Shown here one piece after another: positions 1 through 11,741 of a stretch of DNA of 64,000 nt. The notes below the pieces were generated by a model. The model had not been told where the DNA came from and made no database searches. It saw nothing but the letters and a program-made list of their open reading frames with translations. The stretch's first letter is position 1. Each line of letters begins with the position of its first letter. The DNA is from Octopus vulgaris (taxonomy: Eukaryota), in contig OX597828.1 of assembly GCA_951406725.2 (NCBI GenBank), forward strand, positions 12,648,001 through 12,712,000, in the 5' to 3' direction. The translations under genes were made by a program, and so were the position numbers.

Positions 1-266
1 TTATTTATAAAGGCCTCGCCATTTTTAAGATTCTATGAAAAATTAATATATGCTGCATTGTTTCATGCGCATGTCTAAAAAGAGTTACCAGCTGGATGGA
101 GTATTATAAAAAATAATATGGATGATTGAACTGGGGTGCAAAATTAACTTCTGTTTGGTTAAAATAATTAATCTTTTCATCGGCGAAACGTGTGAAGAAG
201 ATGCTTGTAAAAAGCCCTTCAGTGAATGAGGGAAGTGAACACTATAAAGGTTTAAGAACCCCTATC
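1..266 (-). mobile_element. possible hAT/Charlie-type element end (TIR remnant)
   Basis: Minus strand reads ctaggataggggttcttaaacctt, resembling the Charlie-type CAGGGGTTCTCAAAC terminus. The other end is not seen. Confidence 0.3.
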
Positions 267-473
267 CTAGATAAATTTTGTTCACTTCTGACCTTCCATA
301 CATTTTGCATATAAAGAGTGAATTTTGTGTGCATATTTAGAGTTGAACTGTTCATGTAGCCATAATGTTTCGCTGATCTGATGAGCTAGATTTCCTTATT
401 TGCATTCATTTTTGAATATATAATTGCATAGTATAATGCTGGTTATTCATATTAATGCAAGCATGTATGCATA

Positions 474-862
474 TTTTCTTGCAGAGGCCCGAAATTTTGG
501 GGAAGGCGGCCAGTCGATTAGATCGACCCAAGTACGCAACTGGTACTTAATTTATCGACCCTGAAAGGATGAAAGGCAAAGTCGACCTCGGCGGAATTTG
601 AACTCAAAACGTAAAGACAGACGAAGTACCTATCTCTTTACTACCCCCAAGGGCTAAACACAGAGAGGACAAACAAGGACAGACAAACGGATTAAGTCGA
701 TTAAATCGACCCCAGTGCGTAACTGGTACTTATTTAATCGACCCCGAAAGGATGAAAGGCAAAGTCGACCTCGGCGGAACTTGAACTCAGAACGATAAGA
801 CAGGCGAAATACCGCTAAGCATTTCGCCCGGCGTGCTAACGTTTCTGCCAGCTCGCCGCCTT
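474..862 (-). mobile_element. dimeric tRNA-derived SINE (Meta-like central domain; tail A monomer + partial body + tail B)
   Basis: Head ggcggcgagctggcagaaacgttagc with B-box-like gagttcaa. Central gtcgactttgcctttcatcctttcggggtcgat..aagtaccag occurs twice. Many sister copies in the window. Confidence 0.9.
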
Positions 863-1092
863 AAAGAATGCTTTCTACTCTAGGTACAAGGCTCAAAATT
901 TTAGGGGAGGAGGTCAGTCGATTAGACCCCAAAGAGTAAGTGGAAAGGCTAGAATAGAAGAGAGTGGGTGAGAGAAAGAAAAGGGGAAGAATGAAGGCAA
1001 GAGAGAGAGTCACACGGGTATACAAACAATGCAATACAACACAGTGTCCACCGGATGGTGGACAAGAACGAACATACGAGCAAATGCATGTG

Positions 1093-1135
<43 letters not shown>

Positions 1136-1387
1136 CACATCTATGTTTTTGCCCCTCCCCACTTATTTCCTGGCATCTTAGTTTCAGAATCGAAGCTTCA
1201 TATCAAAAGTACTATTTTCAGCGTCCAAACTGTTGTCTCTGTCCATAGATTTATCGATCTTCACACATCTGTCTCTAGCCGTAAATATCTGTCTTTCTAA
1301 TAAATCGATCTTGCAATATATTTACTAAGTGCAGAAAGTAACTTCACACCTCAACAACTATAACAACAAGAATAAGGAAAAACCGCA

Positions 1388-1413
1388 ACTACTACTACTA
1401 CTACTTTTAATGT

Positions 1414-1486
<73 letters not shown>

Positions 1487-1779
1487 ACTAATACTACTAC
1501 TACTACTAATGCTACTACTACTAATGCTACTACTACTAATGCTACTGCTGCTACTACTACTAATGTTACTGCTACTACTACTACTACTACTGCTGCTGCT
1601 GCTACTACTACTACTACTACTACGAAGAAGAAGAAGAAGAAGAAGAAGAAGAAGAAGGGGAAGAAGAAGGGGAAGAAGAAGGGGAAGAAGAAGAAGAAGA
1701 AGAAGAAGAAGAAGGGGAAGAAGAAGAAGGGGAAGAAGAAGAAGAAGAAGAAGAAGAAGAAGAAGAAGAAGAAGGGGAA

Positions 1780-1826
<47 letters not shown>

Positions 1827-1869
1827 AGAAGAAGAAGAAGAAGAAGAAGAAGAAGAAGAAGAAGAAGAA
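1388..1869. repeat. compound trinucleotide microsatellite (CTA/CTG)n-(GAA)n
   Basis: Direct reading; explains the poly-L/poly-R and poly-F/V ORFs. Followed by 4x gcttggggaa at 1891-1930. Confidence 0.95.
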
Positions 1870-1925
1870 TTTGTCTATTGCATTCACAAGGCTTGGGGAA
1901 GCTTGGGGAAGCTTGGGGAAGCTTG

Positions 1926-2098
1926 GGGAAGGAGATAGTTGATTACATCGACCCTAGTGCGCTAATGATACTTATTTTATCGACCCTGAAAGAATGACAG
2001 AGAAAATCGACCTCGGCGGAATTTGAACTCAGAACGTAAAATAGAAAGAAATACTGCTAAGCATTCTGCCCGGCGCCGTAATGCTAGCTCGCCACCTT
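1926..2098 (-). mobile_element. Meta-like SINE copy
   Basis: tcgacctcggcggaatttgaactcagaacg...gctcgccacctt matches the family at 474-862. Confidence 0.85.
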
Positions 2099-2230
2099 AA
2101 TGGTAATGATAACCCTTTCTATTATAGGCACAAGGCCTGAAATCTGGGGGATGGGGATAGTCGATTTCATCATTTTATCGACACGGTAATGATTCCGCCA
2201 GCTCGACGCTTTCTAAATAATAATGGTAAT

Positions 2231-2289
<59 letters not shown>

Positions 2290-2293
2290 TAAT

Positions 2294-3570
2294 CGGGGAA
2301 CGTTTAAGATGTAAGAAGGAAAATACAGAGCTCCGAAATCTATCCACAAAAGGAACACCGGAGAACGTTTAAGATGTAAGAAGGAAAATACAGAGCTCCG
2401 AAATCTATCCACAAAGGGAACACCGGGAAACGTTTAAGATGTAAGAAGGAAAATACAGAGCTCCGAAATCTATCCACAAACATCGAAAACAAGGACATCC
2501 TAAGGAGCCAAAGATTTACTAACGAAGAATTGGACTGTATCCGAGTAAGTAATACTAATTGAAATTTATTACTATTTTCGAAACGAAATGATGTATTTTG
2601 ACTCGATATCATCTCCACCTCTAACACAACACATGTAAACATGCGTGGAACATCACGATCATCCCCGACCCCAAACACCATGTACAAAGGAACTACGAAG
2701 AAATTAAATGCCACCGATACTATTCAACCCAAGAATAACAATCGAGCGGTACGTACATTAAACTTACAACAAAAAATGTACGAAAAACTACACGTGCGAA
2801 ATAATGTGACAACAGAAATAAACGGACCGGTACCCTACGAAAATGACGACCGTCAAAATAATGGGCCGGACGTTGTACCTCATGTCCCGCAAATAAAACC
2901 CAAAAGACGTAAATGGATACGTGAGGAATACATTTCTATCTTACACGCATACTTCACAGCAATGCTCTACCCAAAAAATGAAAATACAACAACACATACA
3001 TATAAAATATGGAAGGAAAATAATAGAGATATAGACTTGGATACAGCAATGAACCCTAATAAATTAGCTAACGTACGAAGATACATTCTCAAAGCCAAAA
3101 AAAATATCAGAAATAGAAATAGAACATTCAAAAGAAAAAATACACCAGGAAAATGTAGATAGAAGCCACACAACAATGCCCAATAATATAAACACTGAAA
3201 CTGTAAAACACGAAGACAAACGCAACATTCCCAACAAACACGATGTAAACAACGAAGGGGAGCCTAATGATTATGATAATATAAAAAATAAAATAATCAA
3301 AGAACTGAAAACCACAGAAAACAATTCCTATCATAGTAGGTGCATTAGGCCTGATAAAAAAATATTCAGACAAATACATAACAAAAACACCAGGACTTAC
3401 AAACACATATAACATACAGAAAATTGCACTACTAGGCACTGCACACATCCTACGCAGAACACTTTCCATACAATAACCATCAGAGCATCACAACAAATCA
3501 CAGCACATACCCAAGGCACACAGAGCTGCGCTCGGTAGTGAAGTGAAAGCACGCTATAAAAATAAAACTA

Positions 3571-3574
<4 letters not shown>
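2294..3574 (+). mobile_element. internally deleted R4/Dong-type non-LTR element inserted in (AAT)n
   Basis: ORF 2641-3162 has RRKWIREEYISILHAYF..YKIW..KLANVRRYI, typical of the R4/Dong N-terminus. It joins near 3310 to the C-terminal IPIIVGALGLIKK..IQKIALLGTAHILRRTLSIQ* (stop 3474-3476) and a 3' UTR. (AAT)n lies on both sides. Confidence 0.85.
2296..2480 (+). repeat. 65-bp tandem repeat, ~3 copies
   Basis: ctccgaaatctatccacaaa recurs at 2331, 2396 and 2461. Confidence 0.95.
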
Positions 3575-3635
<61 letters not shown>

Positions 3636-3681
3636 GTGAGACTTGGTGCCAACTTGTACAAATGTAAAACAAAATTCAAAC

Positions 3682-3754
<73 letters not shown>

Positions 3755-3764
3755 TAATAATAAT

Positions 3765-3817
<53 letters not shown>

Positions 3818-3819
<2 letters not shown>

Positions 3820-4818
3820 TTTTTGTTTTTGCTTTTGTTTTTTGTAGTTTTGTAAAGCAAAATGCCGCAGAACCGCTATTATTAGAAATAAGAAGGATTA
3901 AGCTTGTGTAGGATGAAAGATTGCAAAGATAAAGCACTGTACAAGAAATTAAAAACGAATGAAACTGAAAATAGTTGGGTAAAGAAAAGAATGCATGGTC
4001 AATTTCATAGAGATGTTGAAGATAAGACAGACAGAGAATAAATATGGCTGTGCATGACTAAAAGTGATTTAAAACCGGAAACGGAGGCTCTAATCAGTGC
4101 TGCCCAAGAGCAAGCACTAAGAACAAACTACATAAAATAGAGAATAGCCAACACAGCAGAAAGTGATAAGTGCAAAATCAGTGGACAAAATGGTAAAACC
4201 GTATGGCATATTACCAGCCAATGTACGCAACTATCCCAGAAGGAATATAAGAGACGCCGCGACAATATAGCCGGGCTTGTCCATTGGATACTTTGCAACA
4301 AGTATAGACTTGACAGAGCAAAAAATTGGTACGACCACAAACCCGAAGGCATCGTCGAAAATAAAAATGCAAAGATCATATGGAATTTTATGATTCAGTG
4401 CGACCATGAGATAGAGAATAGAAAGCCGGACATAGTCTTAATTGAGAAAGAAAACAAACTATGCTGGATCATAGATATAGCATCCCCAGCTGACGACAAG
4501 GTATGCGATAAGGAAGAAAGAAAAGTTGAGAGATATAACAAGTTAGCTTGGGAAGTTAAGCAGTTGTTGTCAATAAAAAAAGTAGCAGTAGTACAAATAA
4601 TTGTCGGAGCCCTGGGAACAGTGAGCAAAAATCTCGAGAAGTACGTGGAACAAATAGGGGCTGCAATAAGGGTGGAGCATTTGCAGAAAACAGCACTGCT
4701 TGGAACCTCTCGAATATTCTGGAAGGTGCTCGAAAAATAAGAGGTGTTACCTTAGTTCTCTGGTAGTGAACAGCTGACAGTGCAGTACATCTCCAGCGTT
4801 AGAAGCTGTGCAAAAGGC
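3818..4818 (+). mobile_element. 5'-truncated R4/Dong-type LINE (CCHC + restriction-like endonuclease region), decayed
   Basis: MHGQF..ETEALISAAQEQALRTNY..KEYKRRRD..RKPDIVLIEKENKLCWIIDIASP..IIVGALG..LQKTALLGTSRI, i.e. a PD-(D/E)xK RLE. In-frame stops present; flanked by (AAT)n. Confidence 0.9.
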
Positions 4819-4852
4819 AATAATAATAACAACAACAACAACAATAACAATG

Positions 4853-4931
<79 letters not shown>

Positions 4932-4961
4932 CAACAACAACAACAATAATAATAATAATAA

Positions 4962-5245
4962 TTGGCACAACGCGAATACAAGCGACGCCATGACAATGAG
5001 GCAAGAATGATCCATTGGGAACTCTGTGGAAATCACGGCCTACAAAGAGCAAAGACGTCCTATGAGCAAACCCTAGAAGGAGTCACTGAGAATAAAGATT
5101 GCAAAATCCTGTGGGATGTAATGTTGCAGTGCAATCACCTGACCAGACATTGGAAACCGAACATTGTTGTGGTCAATAAAAAAGAAAGAACTTGCCTTAT
5201 AATCGCCATAACATGTTCTGGTTACAACAACACCAAAGAGACCTA
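4962..5245 (+). mobile_element. R4/Dong-type LINE fragment
   Basis: LAQREYKRRHDNEARMIHWELC..KILWDVMLQC..KPNIVVVNKKERTCLII; starts directly after (AAT)n. Confidence 0.85.
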
Positions 5246-5303
5246 GTAATAATAACGACAATATTATTGTTGCTACTGCTACTGCTACTACTACTATTAC
5301 TAC

Positions 5304-5494
5304 GTCGAATGAACAGGGTACATGTCTTGAGTTGGATCCTGTTAACGAACTCTGTACTTTGAGACAGGTCGAATGAACAGGGTACATGTCTTGAGTTGGA
5401 TCCTGTTAACGAACTCTGTACTTTGAGACAGGTCGAATGAACAGGGTACATGTCTTGAGTTGGATCCTGTTAACGAACTCTGTACTTTGAGACA
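5304..5494. repeat. perfect 64-bp tandem repeat x3
   Basis: gtcgaatgaacagggtacatg...gagaca starts at 5304, 5368 and 5432 with no differences seen. Confidence 0.97.
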
Positions 5495-6589
5495 CAGAAA
5501 GTTCCTAACAGTGTTATCAACAGTAATACCGTATCAAAATTCCCGAATGCTTCTTTACTTGCCTTCGATCCCCACTTTTAAGTCACACGCCGTCCTTCCG
5601 TTGTTTAATACGAAGGCATGAATAGCATATCAAAAAATAACGAGGTAGTTCAATAAAAGAATGATGAATAGCCTTTCATTTAAACGAGATCCGCTGTTAT
5701 TAGAACTATTGTCATTCATTGACAATAAATGGGCGAAAATTATTAATTCTTTCAATATACTTATCATCAAGAGGCAAGAATGGATATAATTTTTTCTCTC
5801 TAATCTTCTTCACGCTTAATCGGAGCAGTCTTTTATCCGACCTTCTCTACTAACATTTCTGCTAACAAGAGACTATTCTTCGTATGTGATTCTTAATATT
5901 TCTTAATTCCAGATTGTGCAAGCCGCTAATATAGAAAGCCTATATTTTGCTTCTATCCAAGTGGAAATACTTTTTTGTTAATAGAAAATATAAGCATATA
6001 TAATCCAAAAATCAATTTCCTGGTAATTTCTCTCAGTGTTCTTATAGAAAATAACTTCGTAACGGACGTTGTAGACGAGATGACATCTTTGTATTATTTT
6101 TCTATCAAAATATTTCGGAATTGAAGTATTTTTAAATACACTTGTTTCTTTGGTTTTGGTTTCGCTTTATTATCACTATCATTATTGTTGTTGTTGCTGG
6201 TGTTGTTGTTATTGTTGTTGTTGTTGTTGTTGCAGTTGTTGTTGTTGTTGCTGTTTGCAGTTGTTGTTGCTGTTGCGGTTTGCAGTTGTTATTGTTAATT
6301 TAAGTTGATGTGACAGAAACCGTACATTTCTGATATGAATAAATTATAAGAAAGCAAAACTAAAAATAACAATAACGAATGAATGAAGAAATAAAATAAA
6401 AATTTGAAGTAACAAAGAAAAAAAGTAAACAAAACGGAAATAAAAATAAGCAAAACAAAAGAAAATTAAATTTATTCTTCGACGAAAGAGAAAAATCAAT
6501 ATTTTCACACTTCTGTCCTGAAACACCGTAGAGAGCAAGCATAAAATTCCAGCACGGAGTCGAGACAAATATGTTAGCATGCCAGAATA

Positions 6590-6642
<53 letters not shown>

Positions 6643-6938
6643 CACGCACACACACACACACACACACACCTCACTTGCAGCCTATTCACTTCACTTACAC
6701 TATTAACAAACTTCCTGGATGCACGAACATTAAAATGGCCGTCTACTTCCCTCCTCCTCCGCCTCCTCTTGTTATTAGCAATCGGCCTCATGGGTAGTGA
6801 ATTGGCAGAGTCGTTAGAGAATCGGGTAAAATACTTTACAGCACTTGTCACGGTTCTCTGCCTTCTGAGTTCAAATCTCACCGAGATAAACTGTGGATTT
6901 CATTCTTTCGCAGCCATCGAAATAAAAAAAAAACTAAC

Positions 6939-7333
6939 AGGCGTAGGAGTGGCTGTGTGGTAAGTAGCTTGTTTACCAACCACATGGTTCCGGGTTCAAT
7001 CCCACTGCGTGGCACTTTGGGCAAGTGTCTTCTACTATAGCCTCGGGTCGACCAAAACCTTGAGAGTGGATTTGGTAGACGGAAACTAAAAGAAGCCTGT
7101 CGTATATATGTATATATATGTGGGGGGGGGGTTGTGTGTCTGTGTTTGTCCCCCCAACATCGCTTGACAACCAATGCTGGTGTGTTTACGTCACCGTAAC
7201 TTAGCGGTTCAGCAAAAGAGACCGATAGAACTACGGTTACAAAGAATAAATCCTGGGGTCGATTTGCTCGACTAAAGGCGGTGCTCCAGTATGGTCATAG
7301 TCAAATGACTGAAACAAGTAAAAGAGTAAAAGA
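6939..7333 (+). mobile_element. tRNA-derived SINE family 2 (CORE-like box, internal TA/TG tract, CR1-like tail with 8-bp repeat)
   Basis: ggcgtaggagtggctgtgtggtaag..gggttcaatccc head, ctttgggcaagtgtctt, and tail ggcggtgctccag..gaaacaagtaaaagagtaaaagag. Confidence 0.9.
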
Positions 7334-7504
7334 GCAAAGAGTACAAAGCAGTGGATTTGGCGGACTTGGTAGAGCATCGGATGGGATGCCCTGCGATGTC
7401 TGTTCTGGCTCTTTGCTTTCTTTCAGTAATTCCTTGGACGACACTGGTGTCAAGTGGTATCGGCCCATCTTGGAACAAGTACCAGTGGCATGGAGAGGTT
7501 AAAA

Positions 7505-7828
7505 AAAAGACTCCGCCGGTTATGACGACGAGGGTCCCAGCTGATACGATCAACGGAACAGCTTGCTCGTGAAATTAACGTGCACATGGCTGAGCATTCC
7601 ACAGACACGTGTACCCTTAACGTAGTTCTCGGGGATAATCAGCGTGACACAGAGAGTGACAAGGCTGACCCTTTGAAATACAAGTACAACTCATTTTTGC
7701 CAGCTGAGTGGACTGGAACAACGTGAAATAAAGTGTCTTGCTCAAGGACACAACGCGTCGCCGGGAATCGAACTCACATCCTTACGATCATGAGCCGAAT
7801 GCCCTAACCACTAAGCCACGCGCCCTCA
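7505..7828 (-). mobile_element. CORE-type tRNA SINE
   Basis: Minus strand gagggcgcgtggcttagtggttagg..gagttcgattccc..tgtgtccttgagcaagacactttatttcacgttgttccagtccactcagctg. Confidence 0.85.
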
Positions 7829-8034
7829 CGCATGGAGAGGTAATCCTGAATGCATAGGCAAACGTTGGCCTTCCTTTAAAAAAATTGCTCGCCACAAGTA
7901 ATACGGCTGGCGTAGATTCATGATCTTGTAAGACATAAGTAGGACCTGGGCAGAAAGAGAAATATTTACACTGATTCGCAGGAAACAGATGTACTTTTAT
8001 AAAACGGGGATACATTGACTTGTATGAAAGGAAT

Positions 8035-8490
8035 CGTCGATCGGTCTGCTAGAAATAGCAGCCAAATCTTTCTCATTTGACACCCTGCTGTATCTGAAAA
8101 TAAATATAGGATACAGTGGGTAATATAGACTTTGATTTGACGATGCCAGGAAAATAATGGAATGGTGAAGACTGGCATGTCTTTCGATATAGATCTTCTC
8201 GTTCAGAGCCGACCTTGCGTTAAACAACTACAAAAACCACAATAACCACATTTGTCAATAGTTCGATGAGCTAACGAGTATGCCTCTACATGGTCGCTCA
8301 ACCAGCTAGAAAAAATAGTCAAATATTTCTCAAATAACTCTCTACTGTCTTTAAAAAAATGAATGGAAATATTCAGTCAGTGATGTAATCTTGGATACAT
8401 TATTTTCACAAAAAGATGGCATTGTACAGACGGAATGCTTTTGATGGTAGGACTGTGGAATGAATACTAATTTAAAAGCTAAAGGACGCT
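8035..8490 (+). mobile_element. two tandem copies of an old SINE-like repeat
   Basis: The motif ctgctagaaatagcagccaaatct recurs in diverged form at ~8047, 8305, 18240, 25730, 27425 and 37490. Confidence 0.55.
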
Positions 8491-8512
8491 AACATCAACA
8501 TTTCGACCTGTT

Positions 8513-8731
8513 AAGGCGGTGATGTGGGAGAATTAATAGCACGCCGGCCAACATGCTTAGCGGCATTTCGTCCATCTTCGCGTTCGGAGTTCAAAATTCC
8601 AGCGAGGTCAACTTTACCTTTCATCCCTTCGGGGTCCATAAAATAAGTACCGGTTGAGCACTGGGGTCAGAGTAATCGATTTACTCCTTCCCCGCGAAAT
8701 CACTGGCCTTGTGTCAAAATTTGAAACCAAT
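8513..8731 (+). mobile_element. Meta-like SINE (tail B)
   Basis: Diverged head plus ctttcatcccttcggggtccataaaataagtacc and ggccttgtgtcaaaatttgaaacc. Confidence 0.85.
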
Positions 8732-9013
8732 ATTTCGACCTCTTCTATTTTATTCTTGTCTCCCTCGGAGAGGTGGATATAGAATAGACAGCAAGGGCTG
8801 TAATATTCATGTTTCGATCATGGGTCAAGTCGTAGGAGAGATCAAAAGCCAGTACAGTTAGATAACCAAACAAAACTTTTATTACTGTAACTATATTTTT
8901 GAATTACATTGTCCTAAGTTCTATTTCTATCAAGTTGACATTCCTGGATCGATAAACCAATATATTGAAGTTATTTCAATTGGCTCTACTATATCAATAA
9001 TAATAATAATAAT

Positions 9014-9241
9014 AAGGCGAGCTGGCAGAAACGTTAGCACGCCGGGCGAAATGCGTGGCCGTATTTCGTCTGCCGTTACGTTCCGAGTTCAAATTCCGCC
9101 GAGGTCGACTTTGCCTTTCATCCTTCCGGGGTCGATAAATTAAGTACCAGTTACGCACTGGGGTCGATGTAATCGACTTAATCCGTTTGTCTGTTCTTGT
9201 TTGTCTCCTCTGTGTTTAGCCCCTTGTGGGTAGTAAAGAAA
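9014..9241 (+). mobile_element. Meta-like SINE (tail A)
   Basis: Full copy ending tagccccttgtgggtagtaaagaaat. Confidence 0.92.
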
Positions 9242-9893
9242 TATATATTAATAATAATGGCGGTGCCCCATCATGGCCATAGCCTTTGGACTGAAACGTA
9301 GAAAATATTAAGACTTTATTGAAACAAAGAAATATTTTGATAGATCTCTGAAGAGAGATGTCGACCTACAAGCGATTGAAGAAAAGAACTGGGCTTTTAT
9401 TTCTCGCTTGATATTATCAGATATTCTAGCATACGTCAGGTGAAATATTTTGCTGTATATAGTTTTGAAATCCTACATTTCTAAGTTCAAATTTCGCTGC
9501 GAAAGGCTAAGTATTTCGTCTCCTGAAGTCGAAAATATGTATTATTTATAACCCATGAATAATGCATATTTAAATATGCATTGGAATTGATTTGCTTCTA
9601 GCTGAACTAAAAATGGCAAATGAAAAGACACCCCTGAAAAATTTGCAACATGTAAATCTGTGCATGTAGTTTGTCAAATATAACTCTCAGAGAATTGGCA
9701 GAGTGAAATGACGCCTTTCTAAATTGAAATCCCAATGCTGCAGCATTTTACTTTTTAAGTATGGTACTTATTCTATCGGTTTCTTTTGCCGAACCGCTAA
9801 GTTATGGGGATGCAAACACACCAACACCTGTTGTCAAGCTGTGGTGGGGAAAAGAAACACATCCACACACACACACACTCATATATATATATT

Positions 9894-10270
9894 ATACTCT
9901 TTTACTCTTTTACTTGTTTCAATCATTTGACTGCGGCCATGCTGGAGCACCGCCTTTTAGTCGAGGAAATCGATCCCAGGACTTATTCTTTGTAAGCCTA
10001 GTAGTTATTCTATCGATCTCTTTTGCCGAACCGCTATATTTACGGGGACGTAAACACACCAGCATCGGTTTTCGAGCGATGTTGGGGGGGGGACAACCAC
10101 AGACACACAAACACACACATATATATACATATACATATATACGACGGGCTTCTTTCAGTTTCTCTCTACCAAATCCACTCACAAGGCTTTGGTCGGCCCA
10201 AGGCTATAGTAGAAGATACTTGCCCAAGGTGCCACGCAGTGGGACTGAACCCAGAACCATGTGGTTGGTT
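9894..10270 (-). mobile_element. SINE family 2 copy (partial copies also at 9760-9870 and 10785-10943)
   Basis: Reverse complement of the element at 6939-7333. Confidence 0.88.
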
Positions 10271-10278
10271 GAAAAAAT

Positions 10279-10636
10279 TGGAGTCAATAAGGAGTACATT
10301 TGGACATTTATTTGCAATCACTACAATTGTTTCCACGCAACGTAGTTCTCCAGACTTGCAGGTATTTGGTTATGTAACCGTTTCCCTGCGTTATGAGATC
10401 TAGTTGTGTTTTCTCAGACGATATGTAAATATTGACTCCATAAATTCACATTCTCAGCTTCAAGAGAATCCTATCTGTCTGTCGTGGCCTGGAGTTAGTA
10501 GTAACCACTGAGTGAAGACTGCAACACATCTCTTGATACACTCAGTGACTGCCAATATCTCCAGGCCCACGACAGACAGATATGATGCTCTGGATTGCAA
10601 ATAAATGTCCGACTGTGCTCCTTCTTGTTGACTTCA
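10279..10636. mobile_element. MITE/foldback-like element with ~40-bp terminal inverted repeats and an internal hairpin
   Basis: 10279-10319 is reverse-complementary to 10593-10636. Internal inverted arms span 10472-10582. Confidence 0.6.
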
Positions 10637-10678
10637 GCTTTTGCAGTTATCTATTCACACACTGCAGAAGCCCAAACG

Positions 10679-10768
<90 letters not shown>

Positions 10769-10967
10769 TGTATATATATGTTTATACGACGGGCTTCTTT
10801 CAGTTTCCGTCCACCAAATCCACTCATAAGGACAGCTCGAGACTATAGTAGAAGATACTTGCCTAGGGTTTTATGCAGCGGGACTGAACCCTAACCATGT
10901 GGTTGGGCAGCAAACTTCTTACTACACAGCTACGCCCGCACCTACATAGATGTTAAATCACTCACTA

Positions 10968-11039
10968 AACAGAATGGAACAGTGGAAATGCAGTGAACCA
11001 ATAACCTAACGATCCCAAGATCGAAACTACTCTCTACGA
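10968..11039 (+). pseudogene. decayed initiator tRNA-Met copy
   Basis: 72 nt align without gaps to the eukaryotic tRNA-iMet sequence as recalled (about 46/72 by eye). Keeps the iMet-specific GATCGAAAC T-loop; anticodon CAT is changed to AAT; a T5 run lies ~15 nt downstream. Confidence 0.65.
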
Positions 11040-11741
11040 AGAAACGGGTGCAATTTTTGATATTAGTACTAATATAACAAACAATATACATGTATATACC
11101 TACAGAGATAACGACAAATTCTATTATGCAATAGAAATTTATACACGGTTAAGGAGTCACCTACTGGCCGGAATACACCAAAACCCAGAACTTTTCGTTT
11201 AGTATGTATGATTTATATATGGGTTGAATGACTCATTCTCTCCTTTCGTCTGTAATAGTCTATATGTTAATGAAAGAAACTATTATATTCTAAATATTTG
11301 GATAAATGTCTTATAATTCGTGTGATAGGTGTACCATATATCATCGTTTAACATCACACCTGGCTCATTGAGGATTCAGACATCCATTCTTCGTTTCCCT
11401 TAACGCTCGCTCATGCTTTTTCAAATGGTCATTGACCTGTAGATGCTTGAGCTGATTCTCAGCCGCATTAATCTCACTAGTATAGAATGATCTGTGAAGC
11501 TAAAGGGCATTGCACCATCTCGCTTGGATTATTGATTTAAACATATTAATTCACTTTCATGACTAAGAAATCCGTTCTAATAGTTTAAGGGATATGCGAT
11601 GGAAACATAGTGACGCTCAAGCCCTTTCTCAGCAGGTTTAGCAGTGTATATGAAATAAAACAGTCTCAGGCGTAGATTGAAACCGCATCGCAGCTTTTAG
11701 TTTGGCCGAAGCTAACTGCTTGTTATAGAATGCTCACCATG

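Noticed and set aside
378-420. CTGATGAG motif
   Set aside because: No stem II-GAAA follows.
1329-1997. 222-aa poly-L/poly-R ORF and similar ORFs (poly-N, YIYI, CVCV, poly-D, poly-S/T) across the window
   Set aside because: They are translations of microsatellites with no domain content.
5304-5494. CRISPR-like appearance of the 64- and 65-bp repeats
   Set aside because: The units are contiguous without unique spacers, there are no cas genes, and the context is eukaryotic.
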